Position numbers and translations under genes: made by a program
Shown: piece after piece, positions 7,789-14,435 of the stretch
Layout: the number at the start of each line of letters is the position of its first letter
Numbering within the stretch: position 1 is the stretch's first letter
Notes under the pieces: model-generated
The model's input: only the letters and a program-made list of their open reading frames with translations
Database searches by the model: none
What the model was told of the DNA's origin: nothing
Assembly: GCA_035390665.1 (NCBI GenBank)
Contig: DAOOUC010000014.1
Coordinates: forward strand, 1-14,435
Direction: 5' to 3'
Source of the DNA: an archaeon
Lineage (GTDB): Archaea > Iainarchaeota > Iainarchaeia > Iainarchaeales > CSSED10-239
DNA: 14,435 nt

Positions 7789-7818
7789 TTTATAAACATT
7801 TGTATACACTATATATTT

Positions 7819-8772
7819 ATGGCTATAATAAAAAGAATTATCGGAAATAAGGAATATTATTATTTAGAAGAACAGTTTAGAATAATAGATAAATTAAGAA
7901 AATTCAGAAAATATTTAGGCTCTAAAAAACCATCTAAACAAGAACAAATAGATATTGAAAACCAATTTCTAGACACTATAATTGCAAGATTAACATCTTC
8001 TTCAAATATTCAAGTAAAGTATATCTCTAAAAAGCAATTAATTCAGATATTATTATTTAATCAAAAATATTTTAATAAATACAATAAATTAACTCCAACT
8101 ATTAAAAATAAGCTAAATATAGACAATATTGTATTATTTACATTAACTACTTTAACAACAGAAGACATAGACGTATCTTTAGAAGATGTAATTAATGCTC
8201 AAAAGAAAGATAAAAACTTAAATCAGAGAGAACTAATTTGTAAAAACATGTTAAAAGGCATAGATCTAATCAAAAAAGGAAAAACTAAAATAGACATTAA
8301 TTTTATTAAAAACTTACATAAAACAATAATGGCTGATTTTGAAACAAAGACACCTGGACTATTTAGAACAAGAGAAGTTCATATCTATAAAAAGCACACA
8401 AAAGACATTTTAAGTGCAGAAATAAAGTTTCAGCCACCAGCTTACGGGTTAGTTGTGGATAAACTTAACAAATTAATAGAGTGGTATAATTCTTCAGATT
8501 TAAATAACTTTGAAAAAGCAATACTTTTACATTTTGAAATATATAAGATTCATCCATTCCTTGATGGAAACAAGAGAGTATGTAGATTATTGTTCAATAA
8601 AGTATTACTTGACAATAACTTTCCATTAGTAAACATTTCAGACAACAGAACTAAATACTTTGATTCATTACTTTCTTCAGTAGAAGAAAACAACCCTGCA
8701 CACATGGCTGACTTTATGGTGAATGCTTACTTAAAACAAGTAAAGACATTTATAGGTAAAGACGAAAGTTAG
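7819..8772 (+). CDS. Fic/DOC family protein
   Basis: Fic motif HPFLDGNKRVCRLLFNK preceded by FETKTPGLFRTREVHIY and AILLHFEIYKIHPF. Confidence 0.93.
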   Translation: MAIIKRIIGNKEYYYLEEQFRIIDKLRKFRKYLGSKKPSKQEQIDIENQFLDTIIARLTSSSNIQVKYISKKQLIQILLFNQKYFNKYNKLTPTIKNKLNIDNIVLFTLTTLTTEDIDVSLEDVINAQKKDKNLNQRELICKNMLKGIDLIKKGKTKIDINFIKNLHKTIMADFETKTPGLFRTREVHIYKKHTKDILSAEIKFQPPAYGLVVDKLNKLIEWYNSSDLNNFEKAILLHFEIYKIHPFLDGNKRVCRLLFNKVLLDNNFPLVNISDNRTKYFDSLLSSVEENNPAHMADFMVNAYLKQVKTFIGKDES

Positions 8773-8853
8773 AAGCAAATTAGTTATCCAGATTAATCAT
8801 ATAAAAGATAGATATAAAAAACATTTTAAAAAGAATGTATTAAAGATATAAAA

Positions 8854-9576
8854 GTGAAGAATATGCCTCCAAAAATAAACAAACCATTTAAAGTAAGAGA
8901 AATTGGAAAAAAAGCAGTAGTAGGAACAAGAAAAGGAAATAAGATACTTAACAAGAAAGAACTAATTGATGCTCTTTTAGAAGTATCAAGAAAACAAATG
9001 TTAATGGATTATAATGATCCACAAGGAAGATTTAGAATAATTAAGCAAATGAGTTTCAAATCAGATGGACAGCATATACAAAGAAACTATGTTTTAGAAA
9101 TTAATGGAGCGACAGGTGTAAAGAAATACTTCATTAAAGAAGAAAAACTATCTACTATTGGAAAAGAGAACTTGACTTCAAGTTATACTTGGGAAGATGC
9201 AATAACTGAAAGTAAAGCACTTAATGTAATTTCAGATTATTTAAAAGAACATAAAGAAAGTAAAATAATTACAGTTCCATTTAAGTTTTCATATTTAGAT
9301 AGAGAAAAAGGAGTAAGTTATATTTGCTATAATTTCCAAGAAGGGCATCATCCAAAAACTCTACTTCAAAGAAAACAAATTGGAATAAAGGAATATTTAG
9401 ACATAAATAGAAGATTAGGGGTATTTGAAAAAAGACTAAATGAATATCTTGCAAAGAATTTAAAAAAATATAATTTAGAAGAAGGCACAATATTAACAGA
9501 CATTTCTACAGAAAATGTATTTTATGATCCAAAGACAAAGAAAATAAGAATCTTCAATCCAGTTCTTTCAAAATAA
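8854..9576 (+). CDS. Protein kinase-like fold protein (putative, divergent)
   Basis: KKYFIKEE (beta3-Lys-like), ITESKALNVISDYL (alphaC-Glu-like), SYICYNFQEG (hinge-like), ILTDISTENVFYDPKTKKIRIFNPV (DxxxxN catalytic-loop-like followed by a non-DFG motif). ATG at 8863 is an alternative to the GTG start. Confidence 0.5.
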   Translation: MKNMPPKINKPFKVREIGKKAVVGTRKGNKILNKKELIDALLEVSRKQMLMDYNDPQGRFRIIKQMSFKSDGQHIQRNYVLEINGATGVKKYFIKEEKLSTIGKENLTSSYTWEDAITESKALNVISDYLKEHKESKIITVPFKFSYLDREKGVSYICYNFQEGHHPKTLLQRKQIGIKEYLDINRRLGVFEKRLNEYLAKNLKKYNLEEGTILTDISTENVFYDPKTKKIRIFNPVLSK

Positions 9577-9581
9577 TTTAT

Positions 9582-9602
9582 TTTTCCACTGGACAGCAAC
9601 CC
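9582..9602 (+). repeat. Family 1 leader-like repeat, truncated copy
   Basis: ttttccactggacagcaaccc matches the first 21 nt of the 5091-5122 copy with one mismatch. Confidence 0.75.
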
Positions 9603-9639
9603 TAGTTAAACTTATAAACTAGAAAAATTATAGTTATTT

Positions 9640-10398
9640 ATGATTAAATTAATTAGTGATAGAAATATCTTAGATAAATTTGTTATAGATTTTACAACTA
9701 TTTTAGAAAAATACTCAAAATATGCAATAGTTTCTGGTTTCTTAGCAATTTCTAGTGGAAGAGTAAGAGGAACAGAAGATATTGATCTAATTGTTGAAGA
9801 AATGACTAAAGATACTTTTGAAAAATTCTTTAAAGATATCTATAAGCACAAATTTGAATGTGTACAAGGAGATGACCCAGAATTAATTTGGAATTTATAT
9901 TTAAAATCAAAAGACACAATAAGATTTGTGCGAAAGGGCACAGAAATGCCAGACATGGAATTTAAATTTCCAAAAACAGAAGCAGATAGAGTAGCATTAC
10001 TTACTAGAAAGAAATTACCATTAACTGGCCTTTCGGTTTACTTTGGAAGTATAGAAAGTACAATTGCATTTAAAGAACATCTTTTAAAGTCTCCAAAAGA
10101 TATAGATGATGCAAAGCATTTAAGATTAATCTATTCTAAAGAAATAAATGAAAAAGAAATTATTCGAATTAAAAAACTTATAACAAGAGACATTTTAGGT
10201 AAATCAGGTAAACTTAAATCCCCAGAATTAAGTTACTATTACAGAAGAGATAAAACACATGATGAATTTATAGAAAGATGGGCAGAAAACATAAAGAAAA
10301 CTCCACGAAAAATCTGGAAAAAAGAATTAAATCAATTTATTGATGCTCAATTCCAAAAATCAAAAGAATTCTATAAACGATTGAATAAGAAAAAATAA
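9640..10398 (+). CDS. Predicted nucleotidyltransferase-like protein
   Basis: YAIVSGFLAISSGRVRGTEDIDLIVEEM has the GG/GS...T.DID.. layout of the nucleotidyltransferase superfamily, with later PDMEFKF as a possible third acidic site. Confidence 0.65.
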   Translation: MIKLISDRNILDKFVIDFTTILEKYSKYAIVSGFLAISSGRVRGTEDIDLIVEEMTKDTFEKFFKDIYKHKFECVQGDDPELIWNLYLKSKDTIRFVRKGTEMPDMEFKFPKTEADRVALLTRKKLPLTGLSVYFGSIESTIAFKEHLLKSPKDIDDAKHLRLIYSKEINEKEIIRIKKLITRDILGKSGKLKSPELSYYYRRDKTHDEFIERWAENIKKTPRKIWKKELNQFIDAQFQKSKEFYKRLNKKK

Positions 10399-10401
10399 TA
10401 T

Positions 10402-11358
10402 TTATTTTAAATAATTCTCTATTTTTTCTTTAAATTCTTTATCGCTTTCTGTTAATTTAATTATTTCTTTGTTTTCATTTAAGTATTTGGGGTCAATATA
10501 TCTTTTTTTTACATATCTAGGTGTATTAATTATTATTTCATTATTTCTTAATTGTTTTAATGTTTTAACTATAAACTCATCACTTGAAGAATAAATTTTA
10601 TTTTCAATAACTTCTTCTGTTTCTAAAAAATCAGATAAGGAAATTACATTAATGTCAAGAGCTCTTTTTAATAAATCTATAAAGATGAATTTCTTTTCTA
10701 CCTTTATTGGGTTGTTAAAATCATTAATTATTACATACATATAAGCATTAGCAAAAGACTTTGCAGACTCTTTATTTTTAAATATTAACTTATTATCAAT
10801 AACTGTAAGATTAACGAAGATATTTTTTATAAAATCAGGTTCTTTAGTTCTATAATAATATTCTCTTATAGAATAATCTAATCTATCAGCACAAGTATCA
10901 GGGGCCGGCAATTCAAGAAGAGTATATTTTTCTAAATCTTCTAATATATTTAAATTAATATTATATTTTTTAAAAATGTCATTAATCTCTTTATTGTTTT
11001 TTAAAAAACTAAAGAAATTATTATCTTGATGATCTTCATTTAAATCTCCTTTTAATATATCATAAGTATGTGAAAACGCGGCGTGATTAATATCATGTAA
11101 TAATCCTGCAATTTTTTCTTCTAATTTTGCTCCAACTAGATCTAAGATTATTAGAACACCAAGCGAATGCTCTAATCTAGTAAAATAAAGATCAGAAAGA
11201 TCTTTAGGAAATCCTTTATTTCCAATCTTTCCAAGTCTTTGAAAAGTTTTTGAATTAATTAAATCAACCAATATTGGTTCTTTAATTATATGTTTACCAT
11301 AAACTGGATCATTAATTTCTATTAAATTCATATTAAAACAGCTCTTTAAATTCTTCAA
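10402..11358 (-). CDS. HD domain phosphohydrolase
   Basis: FQRLGKIGNKGF..., FTRLEHSLGVLIIL, IAGLLHDINHAAFSHTYD, DTCADRLDYSIREYY: HD-domain/dNTPase-like signature. Alternative ATG at 11331 immediately after the upstream gene's stop. Confidence 0.88.
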   Translation of the reverse strand: MKNLKSCFNMNLIEINDPVYGKHIIKEPILVDLINSKTFQRLGKIGNKGFPKDLSDLYFTRLEHSLGVLIILDLVGAKLEEKIAGLLHDINHAAFSHTYDILKGDLNEDHQDNNFFSFLKNNKEINDIFKKYNINLNILEDLEKYTLLELPAPDTCADRLDYSIREYYYRTKEPDFIKNIFVNLTVIDNKLIFKNKESAKSFANAYMYVIINDFNNPIKVEKKFIFIDLLKRALDINVISLSDFLETEEVIENKIYSSSDEFIVKTLKQLRNNEIIINTPRYVKKRYIDPKYLNENKEIIKLTESDKEFKEKIENYLK

Positions 11359-12250
11359 ATATTTTCCTTGCTGATTCTATTTGGTTTTGTAAAGTAAGGC
11401 ACTTTTCAGTTTCTTCTTTCTTTATCCATTTATATCCTGAAATTTCTTCTTCTTGTATTTTTATGTTTTCTGGAGAAGAAAGTAATTTAGCAATAACAAT
11501 CTTTCCTTTTCCCCCACGAGATTTAAAGTAATTATTGAAAAGACTTTCTTTTGAAATTTCGTATTCTAAAGGATATTTAGATATTCCGATAATTTCTATA
11601 TCAGCATTAACTTCTTCTTTTGCTTCTCTTATTGCTGCTTTTTCAAAAGTTTCATCTTTTTCTAATCCGCCACCAAGCACCTTGCAGAAATGATCTTTAA
11701 GTGCAGAAAAGACAACAATAAATTCTTTATTTTCATTAAGAATATATACTTCAACATAAGAACCATAAGGAAGATATTGTATATCAATATTTTCTTTAGT
11801 AATATTTAGATTATTAATTTCTGTTTCTAATTTTTTCTTTAAACTTTCTTTATTATCGTCCCACCATAGTTTTTCTATATACTCATCAATATCGCACCAA
11901 AGAAAATCAATGTGTTCTATTCCATCAAGAATTACTTTATCGGAGTTAATAATTGATAAGAAATTATGTTCTTCACATTGTTCTTTATCGTAATTAGAAT
12001 AATATTCACTTTTGGTATTTAGATTAATAATCTTGATTGGGGCAATGTCTATTTCTTCAAGCATTTTTCTTGCGACTGCATCTTCCAAAGATTTATCTTC
12101 TTTTTCCACAGAACCAGTAACTGTAAACCATTTTTCTCCACCGTGGATTGGATCCTCGCCATTATTCTTTAAAAGAAGAAACCTGTTATTTTTCCTAGAA
12201 TAAATAAAAGAAAGAATCTTTATTCTCATAAATATCTTAACAAACCGCAA
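11333..12250 (-). CDS. Nudix hydrolase with two Nudix domains
   Basis: Second domain GGGLEKDETFEKAAIREAKEEVNADIE fits the Nudix box. First domain GSVEKEDKSLEDAVARKMLEEIDI is a degenerate box. The ORF starts at TTG 12250, with an in-frame ATG at 12229. Confidence 0.88.
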   Translation of the reverse strand: MRFVKIFMRIKILSFIYSRKNNRFLLLKNNGEDPIHGGEKWFTVTGSVEKEDKSLEDAVARKMLEEIDIAPIKIINLNTKSEYYSNYDKEQCEEHNFLSIINSDKVILDGIEHIDFLWCDIDEYIEKLWWDDNKESLKKKLETEINNLNITKENIDIQYLPYGSYVEVYILNENKEFIVVFSALKDHFCKVLGGGLEKDETFEKAAIREAKEEVNADIEIIGISKYPLEYEISKESLFNNYFKSRGGKGKIVIAKLLSSPENIKIQEEEISGYKWIKKEETEKCLTLQNQIESARKIFEEFKELF

Positions 12251-12293
12251 TATTTTTAAACTAGTTTATAATCTATTCTTATATAATTTTAGT

Positions 12294-12299
12294 GGAGGG
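12294..12299 (+). promoter_or_regulatory. Shine-Dalgarno-like sequence ggaggg
   Basis: ggaggg ending 10 nt before the RuBisCO ATG at 12310. Confidence 0.6.
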
Positions 12300-12309
12300 T
12301 TGAATAATT

Positions 12310-13779
12310 ATGGGTACTTTAGATTTATATAAAACATTAAATGAAAAACAAAAAGCTTATGTTAATCTTAAAATGACAGATAGTCAATTACATAATGGAG
12401 AATATATGTTAACAGTTTTCCATTTTAGACCAGGAAAAGGATTAAATACTTTACAAGCAGCTGCTGAAATTGCAGCAGAATCATCAACAGGAACTAATTT
12501 TGCAGTAACTACAGAAACTCCATTTTCAAGACAAATGAATGCACTTGTTTACAAAATGGATACTAAAAATGAATTAGTATGGATTGCATACCCTTGGAGA
12601 TTGTTTGATAGAAGAGGAAATATTCAAAATATTTTAACTTATGTTGTTGGAAATGTTCTTGGTATGAAAGAGGTTTCTGCATTAAAACTTTTAGATGTTT
12701 GGTTTCCACCAAGTATGTTAGAACAATTTGATGGCCCAAGCTACACAATTGATGATATGAGAAAATACTTAGGAGTTTATGATAGACCAATCTTAGGGAC
12801 AATTATTAAACCCAAAATGGGACTTACATCAGCAGAATATGCAGAAGTATGCTATGATTTTTGGGTAGGCGGAGGAGATTTTGTTAAGAACGATGAACCT
12901 CAAGCAGATCAAGATTTCTGTCCTTATGATAAAATGATAAAACATGTTAAAGAAGCAATGGATAAAGCAGTAAAAATTACAGGACATAAAAAAGTACATT
13001 CATTTAATGTTTCAGCAGCAGATTACGACACCATGATAAAAAGATGTGAGATGATTAGAAATGCAGGATTTGAAAAAGGATCTTATGCTTTCTTGATTGA
13101 TGGAATAACTGCAGGATGGATGGCAGTTCAAACTTTAAGAAGGAAATATCCAGATGTTTTTATTCACTATCATAGAGCATCACATGGTGCATACACTAGA
13201 CCAGAAAATGCATTTGGTTTCTCTGTTTTAGTTCTTTCTAAGTTTGCAAGGCTTGCAGGAGCTTCAGGAATTCACACAGGAACTGCTGGAGTTGGAAAGA
13301 TGGCTGGAAGTCCAGAAGAAGATATTGTTGCTGCTAGAAATATTTTAGAATATTCTGCAAAAGGGCATTATTTTGAACAATCTTGGTCAACTATACCTGA
13401 GAACGATATAGATATTAAAAAACTTGTAAAAAAAGACAAAAACAAAAAAAGAATATTAGAGGATGACTCTTGGAGAGGAATAAAAAAATGTGCTCCAATA
13501 ATTTCTGGTGGATTAAATCCAACACTATTAAAGCCATTTATTGATGTTATGGGTGGAGTTGATTTCATAACAACAATGGGTGCAGGTTGTCATGCTCATC
13601 CAGATGGAACCCAAGCTGGAGCAAAGGCTTTAGTTCAAGCTTGTGAAGCATACAAAAAGAAAATAGACATTCACAAATATGCAAAAGACCCAAAGCATAA
13701 AGAACTGAAAAGAGCAATTGAATTCTTTGAAAGAAAAAAATGTAAAGGTCAAGAAAAGATTACAAAAAAGAAAAAATAA
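12310..13779 (+). CDS. rbcL: Ribulose-bisphosphate carboxylase large chain, form II/III-like
   Basis: GTIIKPKMGL, VGGGDFVKNDEPQADQDFCPY (carbamylated Lys site), FIHYHRASHGA, GIHTGTAGVGKMAGS (loop 6 Lys), ISGGLNP. Overall resembles Methanococcoides burtonii-type form II/III RuBisCO, including the ENDIDIKKLVKKDKNKKRILEDDSWRG insertion region. Confidence 0.95.
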   Translation: MGTLDLYKTLNEKQKAYVNLKMTDSQLHNGEYMLTVFHFRPGKGLNTLQAAAEIAAESSTGTNFAVTTETPFSRQMNALVYKMDTKNELVWIAYPWRLFDRRGNIQNILTYVVGNVLGMKEVSALKLLDVWFPPSMLEQFDGPSYTIDDMRKYLGVYDRPILGTIIKPKMGLTSAEYAEVCYDFWVGGGDFVKNDEPQADQDFCPYDKMIKHVKEAMDKAVKITGHKKVHSFNVSAADYDTMIKRCEMIRNAGFEKGSYAFLIDGITAGWMAVQTLRRKYPDVFIHYHRASHGAYTRPENAFGFSVLVLSKFARLAGASGIHTGTAGVGKMAGSPEEDIVAARNILEYSAKGHYFEQSWSTIPENDIDIKKLVKKDKNKKRILEDDSWRGIKKCAPIISGGLNPTLLKPFIDVMGGVDFITTMGAGCHAHPDGTQAGAKALVQACEAYKKKIDIHKYAKDPKHKELKRAIEFFERKKCKGQEKITKKKK

Positions 13780-13782
13780 AGT

Positions 13783-14187
13783 ATGACAATTGAAATTGAA
13801 AAACTAAATAAATCAGATTTAGTTATAAAAAAAGTAGGTAAAGACTTAACGTTAATTACTTCTAAAAAACAAGATCATTCTTCAGAGCAAGTAATTACTT
13901 TTGTAGAATATCCAAATGGTCAAAAATATATTTCAATTGCACCTAGACAAATTAAAGGACATTTTAAGAACAATCATTTTTCATTTTTATTTTTGATACA
14001 AGATTTAGAAAAAAAGACACCATTTGTAGATAAATCAAAAGTAGAATTAATAGTATATAATCCTAAAGAAAAAAAATTTAGATGGGAATCAAAAAATAAG
14101 AATAATGCTGTTGAAGAAATAATATTAAATCATTTAAATAAAAAAAAAGCCACATTAAAAAGATTTAGAACTCCAAAGAGAGTATAG
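13783..14187 (+). CDS. Hypothetical protein
   Basis: 134-aa ORF starting 4 nt after the RuBisCO stop and ending 2 nt before the next ATG; tightly packed gene order supports reality. No recognised domain. Confidence 0.75.
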   Translation: MTIEIEKLNKSDLVIKKVGKDLTLITSKKQDHSSEQVITFVEYPNGQKYISIAPRQIKGHFKNNHFSFLFLIQDLEKKTPFVDKSKVELIVYNPKEKKFRWESKNKNNAVEEIILNHLNKKKATLKRFRTPKRV

Positions 14188-14189
14188 AT

Positions 14190-14435
14190 ATGAAACTTAT
14201 TCTTACAAGACATGGGCTTACAATAGAAAATACAGAAGGCCGAGTGCAAGGCCACAATCCAGGAACATTACATGAAAAAGGGATAGAGCAAGCACAGAAA
14301 CTAGGGACTAGATTTAAAGATGATAAGTTTAATATAATATATTCTAGCGACCTTAAAAGAGCAAGTGATACTGCATATCAAATACATTTACATCATCCAG
14401 AAGTGCCAATAGTATTTACTGAAAAATTAAGAGAA
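14190..14435 (+). CDS. Histidine phosphatase (phosphoglycerate mutase-like) family protein, partial at right edge
   Basis: MKLILTRHGLTIENTEGRVQGHNPGTLHEKGIEQAQKLGTRFKDDKFNIIYSSDLKRASDTAYQI: RHG catalytic motif and YSSDLKRAxxTA. Absent from the ORF track. Confidence 0.93.
   Translation, partial: MKLILTRHGLTIENTEGRVQGHNPGTLHEKGIEQAQKLGTRFKDDKFNIIYSSDLKRASDTAYQIHLHHPEVPIVFTEKLRE

Noticed and set aside
9281-9490. Minus-strand 69-aa ORF from the ORF track
   Set aside because: Antisense to the better-supported 8854-9576 coding region; no recognisable domain.
522-9602. CRISPR array
   Set aside because: Repeats are widely dispersed and gene-associated, not regularly spaced by unique spacers; no cas genes.
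12012-12203. Plus-strand 63-aa ORF
   Set aside because: Antisense shadow of the Nudix gene.
12563-12802. Minus-strand 79-aa ORF
   Set aside because: Antisense to the highly conserved RuBisCO coding sequence.
13368-13568. Minus-strand 66-aa ORF
   Set aside because: Antisense to RuBisCO; no supporting features.

Overview
This is an AT-rich, bacterial or archaeal, ultra-small-genome-like segment (candidate-phyla-radiation or DPANN style; I cannot place it firmly). The right half is compact and gene-dense: a bidomain Nudix protein and an HD phosphohydrolase in tight tandem on the minus strand, then divergently a form II/III-like RuBisCO, a small unknown protein and the 5' end of a histidine phosphatase. 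The middle holds uvrC (apparently without the C-terminal HhH region), a Fic protein, a kinase-like protein and a predicted nucleotidyltransferase. The left half is accessory. It carries a partial minus-strand wHTH gene missed by the ORF track, a YgjP-like metallopeptidase plus a broken second copy of it, a DUF4143-type ATPase, an orphan HExxH protein and an ORF6N protein. The most unusual feature is a set of dispersed intergenic repeats. Family 1 (TTTTCCACTGGACAGCTACCCCCCCGAAAACA) occurs four times, each time 24-66 bp upstream of a gene and in that gene's orientation. Two of these copies belong to 82-bp direct repeats that bracket the 295-aa HExxH gene like a cassette. Family 2 (TGGGGGTACAACYTTATTTTAATTGTRTACACTAGTGGGYACAA) occurs twice, upstream of the ATPase and Fic genes. 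Family 3 is GC-rich (GAGCYGGTTTCGSTCAGCTCGCGCSCAAT) and is found near and inside the broken metallopeptidase copy.
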